Shown one piece after another: positions 26,005-38,540 of a DNA stretch of 64,000 bases. Under the pieces are notes generated by a model. The model was not told the origin of the DNA, ran no database searches, and saw only the letters and a program-made list of their open reading frames with translations. How positions within the stretch are numbered: position 1 is the stretch's first letter; each line of letters starts with the position of its first letter. The position numbers and the translations under genes were made by a program. The DNA comes from Lama glama (lineage: Eukaryota), in assembly GCA_028534125.1 (NCBI GenBank), contig CM052816.1, forward strand, positions 1,550,001-1,614,000. The letters are read 5' to 3'.

Positions 26005-27042
26005 CTTTTCTTTTTCTTTTATATATATTTTTATTGAAGAATAATCAATTTACAAAGTTGTGTCAATTTCTGGTGTACAGCACAATCAGTTCTTCAGTCA
26101 TACATGAACATACATATATTTGTTTTCATATTCTTTTCACGATAAGATACTCTTTATGTCTGAGAATCTGTTTCTGTTTTGCAAATAAGTTTCTTTGTCT
26201 TTTTTTTTTAAGATTCCACATATAAGTGATATCATATGGTATTTTTCTTTCTCTTTCTGCCTTACTTCACTTAGAATGACATTCTCCAGGAACATCCATG
26301 TTGCTGCAAATGGCAGTATTTTATTATTTTTATGGCTGTATAGCATTCCATTCTATAAATATACCACAGCTTCTTTATCCAGTCATCTGTCGATGGACAT
26401 TTAAGTTGTTACCATGTCTTGGCTATTGTAAATAGTGCTGCTATGAACACTAGGGTGCATGTATCTTTTTGAATTAAGGTTCCCTCTGGATATATGCCCA
26501 GAAGTAGGATTACTGGATTATATGGTAAGTCAATTTTTAGTCTTTTGAGAAATCTCCATACTGTTTTCCATGGTGGCTGCACCAAACTGCATTCCCACCA
26601 ACAGTGTAGGAGGGTTCCCTTTTCTCCACACCCTCTCCAGCATTTATCATCTGTGGACTTTTGAATGATGGCCATTCTGACTGGTATGAGGTGATACCCG
26701 ATTGTAGTTTTGATTTGCATTTCTCTGATAATTCGTGAGACTGAGCATTTTTTCATATGTCTATTGGCCATTTGTATATCTTCACTGGAGAAATGCTTGT
26801 TTAGGTCTTCTGCCCATTTTTGGATTAGGTTGTTTGGTTTTTTGCTATTAAGTTATATGAGCTTTTTATACATTCTGGAAATCAAGCCCTTGTCAGTCTC
26901 ATCTTTTGCAAAAATTTTCTCCCATTCCATAGGTTGTCTTTTTGTTTTGCTTATGGTTTCCTTTGCTGTGCTAAAGTTTATAAGTTTAATTAGGTCCCAT
27001 TTGTTTATTTTTGCTTTTATTTCTATTGCCTGGGTAGACTGA
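26005..27042 (-). mobile_element. 5'-truncated lineage L1 (ORF2 C-terminus + 3' UTR), copy A
   Basis: Minus-strand ORFs give the L1 ORF2 C-terminal motifs '[16 protein letters not shown]' and '[19 protein letters not shown]'. T-rich tail at the left end. Part of the 3' UTR is missing near 26150. Confidence 0.95.
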
Positions 27043-28402
27043 TTCTCACAGGTAATGTGCTTGCATCTCGCAGCTGTGTGTTGTGTATTTCGCATCTTAC
27101 ATTTTCTAGAAAGGATCCAAACTCACCAAACGTTTGCTTCTAATGACAGGAGAGATCAAGGCCGTAATAAATGCCTTCATGCTCTCTCCAACACTCTAAT
27201 TCAAAACATTCATTTGCCAATTAACTATGCAGTGACTGGGATATAGTTTGCATGTTTATTTGTATTGTTATTTTAACTCACATAACTTAAAAAAGCTTTT
27301 AATGAGTTCATGGCTTATCTTCCCAGCCAGATAGTGATCTTCTTGAAGACAGCGACTATACTTCCTACTCCTTTGCCTAATACTGTATGCTCAAAAAGTT
27401 GGCTTTCTTTAAGTTGAATATTCTAATCAAAGCTATAAACTCTAATAAACAGAAATACCATGTAGAGGAAATGAAAACACTACTAGAATTTTAGGCAAAC
27501 TCATTTTCATATTAAAGGTATAATCATGAAAGCTTATTTGGTGACCATAGAATGGGGTAGTATTTATTCAAATACCTTTGATAAGATGCCAAAATTGTGA
27601 CATAAGTGCTCCTCATTTTTCCAGGTCCCTGGATCAACGATACCGCTGATCAATCACATCGCTCTGTAAACCTCAAGGTGGCTGTAGAGTTTGTCTCCAC
27701 GTAGCCCTTCAGGAGGGCATTACTAATTGATTAAGGTGTTGGCCCAGGATCGAAGCCCATTTGTCATCCTGCAAGTCTGGTTTTATGCCTTGGGTGGTTG
27801 CCCTCTTTACCCAAATTGAGAGCTTTATGGGGTGTACACGTGTTGCTAGATGGGATAAAAGGGACATATGCTCAGTTAGCCAGGTCAGTTCAACTCAGCA
27901 ACTCGGGCTGACAGAGTCAAACCACCCTCATAGTTGACATTAAGCTGTACACTCCTTATTACCATTTAACCCTGAGTACTAAGATAAAGTCTCTGGTCAT
28001 CTTTAGTAGGACCAAATTCCCTTTGATGTTTAAGAGTCAGATACGATGCATTCATTCATGTGAGCTTGTCTTAGAAAACTCACTTACTCATTGACATATC
28101 TGAAGTAGAAATTACCATGTGCTACATTATCCAGGGAAACTCCATTTGGACAGAATCATGGGAAGTTTTTTCAACTGATCTTTTCAGGGTGTATGAAACT
28201 TTTCCAGGGAAATGAAGTATTTCTGTAGAAGAGGAGAGGTAAGACTATTGGGGTAGAGAAGACGGTAACATTTTTTGGTAATATTTGCAAAGGAAATTCA
28301 TGAGTATGACAAATGAAGTACAGTTTGTGATTGAGGAATAATGAGTTTCCCACTGTGGCTATAATGTAGGATTCATGGACAGATGTGTCAAGAAGTAAAG
28401 CT

Positions 28403-29893
28403 AAAGAGCTACAGGAATCAAAACAGCATGGTATTGGCACAAAAACAGACATACGGATCAATGCAACAGAATGGAGAGCCCAGAAATAAACCCACAGACC
28501 TACGGTCAATTAATCTTTGACAAAGGAGTTAAGAATTTACAATGGAGAAAAGACAGTTTGCTTAGCAAGCAGTGTTGGGAAAACTAGACAGCCACATGTA
28601 AATCAGTGAAGTTAGAACACTCCTTAACATCATACACAAAAATAAACTCAAAAGGGCTTAAAGACTTAAACATAAGACAAGACAATATAAACCTCTTAGA
28701 AGAAACCAGAGGCAAAACATTATCTGACATAAATCTTAGCAATGTTCTCCTAGGGCAATCTGCCCAGCCAATAGAAATAAAAGCAAAAATAAACAAACAG
28801 GACCTAGTTAAACTTTTAAGCTTTTGCACAGCAAAGGAAACCATAAACAAAACAAAAAGACAACCTATGGAATGGGAGAAAATATTTGAAAAAGATGAGA
28901 CTGACAAGGGCTTGATTTCCAGAACATATAAAAAGCTCATATAACTTAATAGCAAAAAAACCAAACAACCTAATCCAAAAATGGGCAGAAGACCTAAACA
29001 AGCAGTTCTCCAGTGAAGACATACAAATAGCCAATAGGCACATGAAAAAATGCTCAGTCTCACGAATTATCAGAGAAATGCAAATCAAAACTACAATCGG
29101 GTATCACCTCATACCAGTCAGAATGGCCATCATTCAAAAGTCCACAGATGATAAATGCTGGAGAGGGTGTGGAGAAAAGGGAACCCTCCTACACTGCTGT
29201 TCGGAATATGGTTTGTGCAGCCATTATGGAAAAAAGTATGGAGATTCCTCAAAAGACTAAAAATAGACTTACCATATGATCCAGTAATCCCACTCCTGGG
29301 CACGTATCTGGAGAGAACTCCAATTTGAAAAGATACATGCACTCTAATTTCATAGTATCACTATTTACAATAGCCAAGGCATGGAAACAACTTAAATGTC
29401 CATCGACAGATGACTGGATAAAGAAGCTGTGGTATATTTATAGAATGGAATACTATACAGCCATAAAATAATAAAATACTGCCATTTGCAGCAACATGGA
29501 TGTTCCTGGAGAATGTCATTCTAAGTGAAGTAAGGCAGAAAGAGAAAGAAAAATACCATATATGATATCACTTATATGATGAATCTAAAAAAAAGACAAA
29601 GAAACTTATTTGCAAAACAGAAACATATTCACAGACATACAGAACAAACTTGTGGTTACCAGGGTGGAAGAGGGTGGGAGGAGATAAACTTGGAGTTAAG
29701 AGATTTGCAGATACTAACTGATATCTATAGAACAGATAAACAAGTTCATGCTGTATAGCGCAGGGAGCTATATTTGATATCTTGTAATAACTTATGGTGA
29801 AAGTGAAAATGAATACATGTATGTCTATGTATGATTGAAACATTATGCTGTACACCAGAAATTGACACATTGTAACTGACTATACTTAAAAAA
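28403..29893 (+). mobile_element. 5'-truncated lineage L1 (ORF2 C-terminus + 3' UTR + poly(A)), copy B, with a 13-bp TSD
   Basis: ORF2 fragments 'YTKINSKGLKDLN..EWEKIF' and '[14 protein letters not shown]'. Perfect TSD aagaagtaaagct at 28390-28402 and 29894-29906. Confidence 0.95.
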
Positions 29894-29909
29894 AAGAAGT
29901 AAAGCTGAA

Positions 29910-31440
29910 AAAAAAATAGAGTGAGATCCTTTGTTGAAGATTCTTGAATATTATATTATGAAGTTTGGATTTATCCTATGAACAATAGGAGCCAATTACA
30001 TTATTAAGTAGGGGAGGGGATAGATTGGAAATTAGTAGTTGGGCTTGGCTGCAAAGAGATGGGCAGGGAGAAGCAATGATAAGGATCTGAGCTAGGACAG
30101 GGATCATGGTGTAGGGAAGAGGGAACAGGGGAACAGAATAAAGAAAGACTTTAAGTGCATGAGATGCCTAAAGGGCAGGGTGGGAATCAATGAAATCATT
30201 GAGATTTCTGGGCTTGATAATGCTTTTAATTGAGATAGAGAACGCAAGAGGAGGACTGTGATTTCAAGAAGGAGCTAGTGTGGTTTAAGGCATGTGAGGT
30301 TAAGATTTTAATGGGACACCCAAGTGGAGATGTCCAGTTAATTGTTAGGTATACCAATTTAGGGCTTGAAAGGCAAGATTAAATTGGCAGTAGATGTTTG
30401 GGAGTCAGGTTAAATGAAATGAAACCATGAGAGTGGGTAAGTTCACATAGAATGTAAAAAGTGCTGAAATGTAACCCTGGGAACACCAACATTTGTGGTC
30501 TAGATTAAAGCAAAAGACGCATGAACTCCTTCAACTTGAACTCTCACGGAGATAGAAAAAGAGTAGTTGCAGAGGTAGGAAGAGAAATATAATTGTGTCC
30601 TGAGATTACAGAAGATTCCAAGAAAGAAGGAGGGGAAAGTTGCTGGAGTTGTCGGGTTTAGTAATAAAAACACAGGATACCCAGTTAAATCTATATTTCA
30701 GATAAATTATATATATGCCCAAATAATGCATATAACTGGGAATTTTGTATTTTATCTGCCAACCCTACAAGTTGACCAAAAGACGGCAAGAAATCCTTGG
30801 CTTTGACAATCAGGAAGCTGTTGATGTGCTATGTCTGGGCAGTTTCACCACAGAAGTGTAGGTAGAATCTGAAAAGTGGTAAGCTGATGATAAGGAAACA
30901 AAGTTGGTCAGGAAATGAGGGTGGTGAGGAAGTGAGACCAGTGAGGGGGTCAATTCTGTGGAGGATTTTGCTGTCTAAGGAAGGTAAGAAATAGAGAAGA
31001 AGTTTGAGAAGAAGAGAAGGTCAGGGAAGATGTTTTTTGTTTTGTTTTAGAAAAAGAGAAAAGCTTCCATGTTTATAGGCTGACAGGAAAAAAAAATGTT
31101 AGAGAGGGGAATAAACGAAAGAAACAAGAAAGAGGAGATAATTCGTAAGGAGGATTAGAGAGGTCAGCTTCGAACAGGGGATGGAACAGCTTTTCCATAA
31201 GAAAAAAAAGGCCGAGAGGCAAGGAGGAAGGATGAACCGTGGTATAAATAAACCTGGGGATGTAGGAGAGAAGTTGAGGGAGTTCATGCATGATCATCTC
31301 TTTTTTTCTTCGTGATCCAGAAAGGTTTATCACTTGATGAGAGCTGGTGGAAGGGCTTCTGTGAGAGCAGGATTTTGAACCTAAGGAAAATAGTAAAAGG
31401 AAATGTCTTGAGTGCTGGAAAGGGTAAGGCTTAAAGGCAT
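29910..31440 (-). mobile_element. L2 LINE fragments
   Basis: Reverse L2 motifs 'atgggacacccaagtggagatgtccag', 'gtaaccctgggaacaccaacattt', 'gggcagtttca'. Confidence 0.65.
30643..30766. mobile_element. MER53-like hAT MITE nested in L2
   Basis: Quasi-palindromic: 'gttgtcgggtttagtaataaaaacacaggatacccagtt...aactgggaattttgtattttatctgccaacccta'. Confidence 0.65.
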
Positions 31441-31584
31441 GGGTTTGAAAAATCAGTATCTGCTAGTGAGGGAAACAGACTGGAGTGGATAGACGGGGAT
31501 GTGTGATGGATAAAAGGGCATCAATTTTGGAGGGAGGTAGGCCTGGGTACGGGTCCTGGCTCTCTCTGTATTTGGTAGCTTTCA

Positions 31585-31980
31585 CTAGGTCATGGTGTAT
31601 AACATACAGCCCCGAGTCTCAATGGCTTACAAAAACATTCCCTTCTTTCTCACGTTACGTGGTAGTCGCTGCAGGTCAGTTGTTATAGCCCTTTCTCTGG
31701 ACCAGGGTAGGGTTCAAAGCCGTTTTGTATTCCAGGAATTGTATTAGCAGAAAAGCAGCTGTTGAGGTGTGACCGCTCAAGGCAGAGAACACAGGAGCAA
31801 GAAGCCATATTCAACCAAGCAAGCACTTTTAAATTTTTTTCTCAGATGACTGATGTCATGTTCCTTCATGTTCCATTGGCCAAAGCAAGTCAAATGGCCA
31901 AGCCCAACACATATGGTACAGAGAAATATACTTCACTATGGGGAGACGGAATTAATATTTACAAATCGTAACACAATTAC
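31585..31980 (-). mobile_element. Old MaLR LTR (MLT1J/K-like)
   Basis: 'tctcaatggcttac...catgttccattggccaaagcaagtcaaatggccaagccc'. Confidence 0.6.
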
Positions 31981-33379
31981 TGCATCATCTGAAGATTTTG
32001 TAACTCTTGTCAAGTTACTTCAGTGTTCTGGGCTTCAGTTTCCCCGTGTATATACGGTTATATTAGCATCTGTTTCCTATGACTGTTGGGAGGATGAAAT
32101 AAGATTAACCTGTGTGTTCAGCCTACTACAGTGCCTGGTACATAACAGATCCTTTATACATATGAGAGTGCCTTGCCTGGGTGCTGAAATCTCACAGCTC
32201 CATGATCATAGGAAATTAAATTAAACTTTCTGCCCTACATTTTCCTTCTCCAGACTCACTAGGTGAACTGTAAGACCCTTTCTGGCTCTAAAATCCTCTG
32301 TTCCTAAAATCTTATCCTAACTAATCAAACAGTCCCTTAACTCCAAAGAACCCTCTGACTTAAGAGGAAACTACAAATTTATGAGTGATTTCATTTGGTT
32401 TATATCTCCTAGGCTCAGCCAACTATCAAGGGCAGGGGAAAGACTTGTTCAAATAAACCTAAGAAATCTACAGGAATCAAGTGTATGGTGGACCATCTCA
32501 TTATCCACTAGGGACACTGTTTAGGCTTACGGAAAGGGTGATGCTTCGTAGAGAAAGGTTAAGATGTTCTCCCTTCGCCTCGAGGAGTTTAGCCACCTTG
32601 AATAATAAGGTCTGCTGGTGAGATGTGAAGTCTGACAGCAAGTGAAGAAATAGTTGAAGAGGCAGCACTGGAAATGCCTCGAGTCTTCCCAGGTGTCACC
32701 TTCTGCCTTGGATATGTGTGAAAGCCTTGAAACAGTGTCTGGCAGAACCTTGGAAACTGCTCACCATATGTCACTGACTGTTCACAGAGTGGAAGCAGGT
32801 GGAAGCATGTCTGAACAATGTTCTGATGGCCAGTTATATCAACTAGGATTGTGGGCAGCTACATGGTGCAGAGATCAGACCACCATGGTTTATGTAAAAC
32901 AGAGGTTTATTTCCCCGGGTAGCCAACCTTTGGAAGTAGATAGGCCACTGTTTCACCATAGTGTCAATGTCATGGGAATTTCTGATGTGCATCATTCTCA
33001 AAGAAGATCAGCATGGAAAATTTTATTAGCTGGCAGATTGAAATTTAAGCCTAAACCCAAGGATTTCACAAGTGCATTTCAACTTTAATGCACAGCTTAA
33101 GGGGGTTGACCAGATGCCCGATTTAAATACCTAGCTTTAAAACAAAGCAGAGTTAATTGATCAAATATCTAAGTACCTACCACAGGTTCTATTCTGGTTT
33201 GGGTTTGTAAATAATAGAACAAAACTTTAGACTCAGTCCAAGTTTAAAAGAAAATAAACTTAACATATAGAGGAAAGAGATTATTATTACATGCAGAGAA
33301 AATCTGGCAAAAAAAATTCATGGCACTCTTTCTCCGATCTTTGTCCAAATCTCTATCATTTCTAGTGGAAAAGCCCTCA

Positions 33380-33900
33380 CATTCTCCTGTCTCTCCAGTT
33401 AACTTAGTTTGGACACATCAGTCAATGTTTATCTTGGATAAATATGCATCAGATATCACTTCTAGATGTAAATCCCTCCAGTACCTCAGTTGCACCTAGA
33501 GAAAAACCCAAACTCCTCCTCTGGCACAGCTGGTAGGCCAGCCCCTCCTCTCCAGCCCTACCCTGTACCACTGAACTCTGCTCTAGCCACACGGCTCCCA
33601 AGGCTATTTTCTGCCTCAGGGCCTTTGCATTTGTGATGTCCTTCACCCAGGCTACTTTCCTCAGAGGAGGGAGTTGGATCTTTTCAATGCAAATGTCACC
33701 TTCCTAGAGATCTTTTCCCTCAACACCTTATTGAAGCAGCCTTCCCAATCCTCCTGCCTGTTTACTCTATATTAAAAGTTATTATTATTACTGCCTGACT
33801 GTATCTTATTTATTTGTTCGTGGCTTCACTATCCTCAGTAGACTATAAGCTCTCTGAGTGCAGAGCCGGCACATGTTTACACTCAGCAAGTATGTGCTAA
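33380..33900 (+). mobile_element. L2 3' fragment
   Basis: 'ctgcctcagggcctttgcatttg...aaatgtcaccttc...tagactataagctctctgagtgcag'. Confidence 0.7.
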
Positions 33901-34764
33901 TTATTTCCATAATCAAGTATTTCAGGCTCTAAACATTCAGAAAAGAGGGACATTGTCATGAACCCTAAATCAGGGAACTTTTCATGAAGGAGAAGGGAAT
34001 GGGTTGGACTTAGAAGAGAGAGAAGGATCTGCATTGGGGGTACCCAGGGGAAGCCAGGGGTATGGTTTGCAGCAGCGAAGGCATGGCCTTAGTCTGTGGC
34101 AATTCCATTTCTGAACTGACAGCAAATGGCATGCGCGTCTCTGCCCTTGGCAGATCAGAGAGGCCAACCTTTCTTATGGAAATACCACCAAGGCCATGGA
34201 AGCAAAATACTTTGATGACTTCATCAAAAGAAAACATGTGACTCTTGCAAAATAAATTCCTAGACCGAGGGGGTGTGGCGGAGGGACAGTTCTTGAGCTG
34301 AAGAGAAAATTCAGGACCTTCCAAGGCATTCTGTAAAAAATGCTCTTTGGATAAAACTGCAACTTAAAAATAACCTCTGTTGGGTGTGGAGAGAACAACT
34401 CAAATATTGGGGCCAGAAATCCAGAGTGAGGGCCAAATTTGGGCTAAGAAAATGCTAGATTCTTGAGATCTTTGGAAAGCAATTCCTTTCCCCACATTTA
34501 TTTACAATGAAAAGAAGTTTCTTAGAAACAAAATGAGGAAACTGACAATTTGTGATTTTTAAAGTGTCAAACCAGTGTGCTAATAAATAAATCATCTTCC
34601 AATGTGATGAAGCAAGAAAAAATCTGAGAAAGACAGGTTTATGATCCAAGATAAACAAATGCGCCACCATTGGAGAAAAAGATGGTATCAGAATAAGGCC
34701 ATGTGGAGTGGTTTTGACCTTGGGAGCAAGGGGTGTCAGGTAGCCAAAATCAGAGGAAAGTGAA

Positions 34765-34970
34765 AACTGTTGCAAGAAGCAGACTCACCTGGGGGAGAAT
34801 TCAACTCTGCCACTCTTTCTGTGAGACCTTATGTAACTTACTTCACTTCTCTTGCCTCAGTTTATTCACCTGTATAATGGAAAAGTGTCTATCTACCTGC
34901 CAAGGATATTGTGGAGATTAAGTGAAGTACTTCATAAAAATTGCCTCACAGAATACCTGAATGTAAGAAG
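34765..34970 (+). mobile_element. MIR SINE
   Basis: 'ctctgccactc...gaccttatgtaacttacttcacttctcttgcctcagtttattcacctgtataatgg'. Confidence 0.7.
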
Positions 34971-35114
34971 GCTTTAAAAATCTTCTAATTTTATTTCTGT
35001 TCTTACTCTTGAGAGAGTTGAGCAAGTCAGAGAGCTTCAGAATTATGAAGGATAAGATATAAGACAAGATTTTTGCTTTCCTAGTTAGGGAACAGAACAC
35101 TCATCTTTTGGCAT

Positions 35115-35555
35115 AATAATGATGTGTAACAGACCAATAGAAAATTCAGCGACTTAAAACAGTGAGCATTTATTTAGCTCACAAATCTGCAAGTGGACAG
35201 TTTAGTCTAGACCCAGCAGGGCCTTTCTTCTGGTTTAGGCATTGACTGACTACTGGCTGGTCTAGGCTGGCCTCTCCGGAGGGTGACTGACTGGCCGACT
35301 TGGCTCTCCTCCAGCAGGCTAGCCCGGACATGCTCTTGTGGTGAAGGCAGAGGAGCAAAAGTGAGCAAGCCCAGTTGTGCAAGTGCTTTTCAAGGCTCCG
35401 TTTATGCCACATTTGCTAACATCCTATTGGCCAAAGTAAGTAACACAGTCAAATCCAGAGTCAGAGCTGGAGGGCACTACAAGCTTGCATGATATGAGAT
35501 GCAGATATGGGAGGGAGAAAGAAAGGAGGCCATCAGTGCAATTAATCTACCGCAG
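35115..35555 (-). mobile_element. MaLR LTR (MLT1H-like)
   Basis: 'gacttaaaacagtgagcatttatttagctcac...acatttgctaacatcctattggccaaagtaag...gccatcagtgcaattaatctacc'. Confidence 0.7.
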
Positions 35556-35955
35556 GGAGACTGGACAGATGCACATATAGATAATTAAATTTCATATAAA
35601 CACATAACAAAACACATATGTAATTAACAGAAGATGAAAGATAATGATTTGTAATCCCAGAGAGTTCCACTGATTCTGAAGAAATTTTCCTCTAGATCTC
35701 CTGGCTTAGTTACCCACTGTGATTAGGGAGCAGCCATCACTGTCCCCATCTTACAGATAGTAAGGTGGGAAGCGTGGACCTGAGCTTCTGATGACGAACC
35801 TCCCCTTCACCCATGGCTTTCCAAACCAAGAGCAAAATAAATGGAACACACACAAAAGGGGCAGGGATCTCCATGAACTCTGGGAGCCAAGAAGCCTTTG
35901 AAGAGGCAAAATTCACTTGGGATGTGGATATATGCACAATAACGAGTTTTCAATC

Positions 35956-36045
35956 TTTTTTTCTTTTAATGGAGGTACTGGGGATTGAACCCAGGACCTG
36001 GTGCATGCTAAGCATGCACTCTACCATTGAGCTATAACCCTCTCC
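35956..36045 (-). mobile_element. tRNA-derived camelid SINE (Vic-1-like), short form
   Basis: Reverse complement of the 14467 element: 'ttttaatggaggtactggggattgaacccaggacc...gcatgctaagcatgcactctaccattgagctata'. Confidence 0.85.
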
Positions 36046-38540
36046 TATCAACTTTTTTATTGCAGAAAATCTACTCTTTTTGGATAAATTTTTCTGTAGA
36101 AATTGCCAATTGTATAAACTAATAAAAGAGCTATTTCATTGGCATACATTTACTTTTAGGTTCAAATATATAACATTTACTTATTTTCAAATTAATATAT
36201 AAGAATAATGAGGTCATTTGGGGACACTCAGGGGTTTGAAATCAGGGACTGATATCAAAGGGAGGCAGTGCAGTCTTGGGGGATTTTGCTCAGGCTGCCC
36301 AGCAGAGTGGGGTTCTGTCCCTATGCCCCATTTCCCATCTCTCACTTCTGGTCCAGTGGCTCTCAAGTGGCTGGTCCCACTTCCGGCTATAAAGTGGGTC
36401 TTGGAGGCAGGGTCAGAGAGTGCTGGAAATGGAAGTTCTTCCTGGACACTGGAAAAGTGTCAGCCTGGAGTGACCAGGGACCATTGAACACAGACGACCC
36501 TGTCAAAGAAACTAACCCAGGGGGAAGCTCTGCCAAGAAAAGGAGGATGTGGTACCACCATCGATGTGTCTGGATCTAACTGGAACTTAATCCAGTCTGA
36601 TCTCTGGGCTTTTCTGTTACATATACCAGTAATGTCCTTTACTCTTTCAGGCCAGCTTGACTTGGATTTCTGTCTCTTGCAACCAAAACATTTCTGACTA
36701 TTACCCAGTATTAAGGAAATCTGATTCAAACAGATAAGTAGTTGCAAGTAATAACAGTTTTGAAAACACTTCATCTTGCGATGTTAGGAAATTCTTTCTT
36801 AAAATAAATAGAAGCTTTATTCCAAATCTTTGCCCATTCATACATGAATGTTTAATTTGACAGCATAACTCAAAGGGCTAAAATTTACTATATAGCGCAT
36901 GTGAGGTGATGTTTGTTTACTGCAGATTTTAAAGTTGATTTTATATATATTTGAAAATGAAATTTAATGAAAATTCTTTTAGGACTCTCAAGATGTCCTT
37001 TAGACCCCTTCAGTTCCCAGAGTATGGTAGAAAAACTATTGATAGAGCAGAAGAGAGCATATTCTAGGCCTCTGACATTTGCCTTTTAGCACCAGAATGA
37101 AACTAACGATGCCACATAGGAAACATTAATTCACTGACAAGCCCCATCACGTTGTTCTGTTTGAAGCCAGAGCAGCTCTGTAACCATCCTGTGGACAGGA
37201 GGAGGGGCGACGCGGGGCATAACCACTGAACGTGCCTGCATCTTTCTCTCATTTCATTCACTCTCACATCCTGTCCTAAGATGGTACACTCTTTTCTGTC
37301 CTAGGGGAACCTTTCTAGCAGCAAGAGCAAGCGACTAACCAGTGTGTCCCTGGCTTAAATGCTGTGAATCATCAGATACGGGGTGAAAAGGGCTGAATCC
37401 CAGGAGTGGGAGCAACCTCATGACCTGTGCAATTGTTCAGAAGTGTCCACTAGGAACTGGGTTTAGGAAACTGGAAAAGAAAGCACCGTGCTATTCTCAG
37501 CTTTGGTATGTGATTAAATTCCATCCTACAAAACCTGGAGGCAGGTGGTGCGTCCTCCTCTTCTTCCCAAGGGAAGTCTAGAGCCTGCCCTTCTCTTTCT
37601 TTGCCTCCGCTGATCTCTCCACACTCTCCCATGGACACATTCTGGCTTCTCTGTTCCTCCTGATCAGTGCTCCTCCTCATACCACTTTCCTACTACTCAG
37701 TGTCCTTACTCTGCCCAGATCTGCCTGCCATCCCAAACCCCGATCCTTGCTTACTGCTTTTTCTTCACCAAACTTACCTCCCCTCCATCCTATGCCCTCC
37801 AGGTCTTACTAGATGAGGGAACCTAGTTCACAGTGCTTTCATTTACATCATGACATTTAATCAGTACCTCAATCCTAAGGGCAGGTAAGACAGTTATAAA
37901 GGTTTTTCACCCTGTCCCACAGGTGAGGAAATAGAAATTTAGACTTAAAAGCCACAGAGCAAGGAAGTGACAGAGATGACGCAAATCCCCAGTGTTATGA
38001 CCTTTCCCTACCATTAGTACAGATAATAAGACACTCAGTACAAATAACTTGTTAATAACCTATGCTTTCAGGATAGCTTTATAGTGAAAATGTGGTACGT
38101 TGCATAGTTGGTAGTCAATAAATATTTCTTGACTGATTCTAAAGATCAGCCACACCCTTAACTCATTAATTCAGTCACCTAGCAAACTTTTATGGAACAT
38201 TTATAATATCCTAGGTATTATAATAAGCACTGGAGAACCCGAAACCTGACCCATCTTCACCAGCTTTAAGGAGGCACTAATCTGGTTGGGGGATAGATGG
38301 GAGTGAGCCCCTTAAAAAAGGAGGAAGTATTAGTGGAGCTTCCAGGAGCGAGGAATAAATCCACCTCATTCCCCTACCTCTAGGGATGGCACTGAAGACA
38401 AGGACCCAGGAGAAGAGTTCATGGAAAAGGTAACTTGTGAGTTATGATTGGAAGGATTTTCTGGAAGCAGAAAGGAAAATTCCTGCCAGAGGGCACAACT
38501 TGAAAAAAGGCATGGAGGTGTGAAAGCACACGTATGCTTT

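Noticed and set aside
27735..27765. Faint resemblance to the CR1/L3 RT 'QGS.LGP' motif on the minus strand
   Set aside because: Too short and frameshifted to support without an HMM search.
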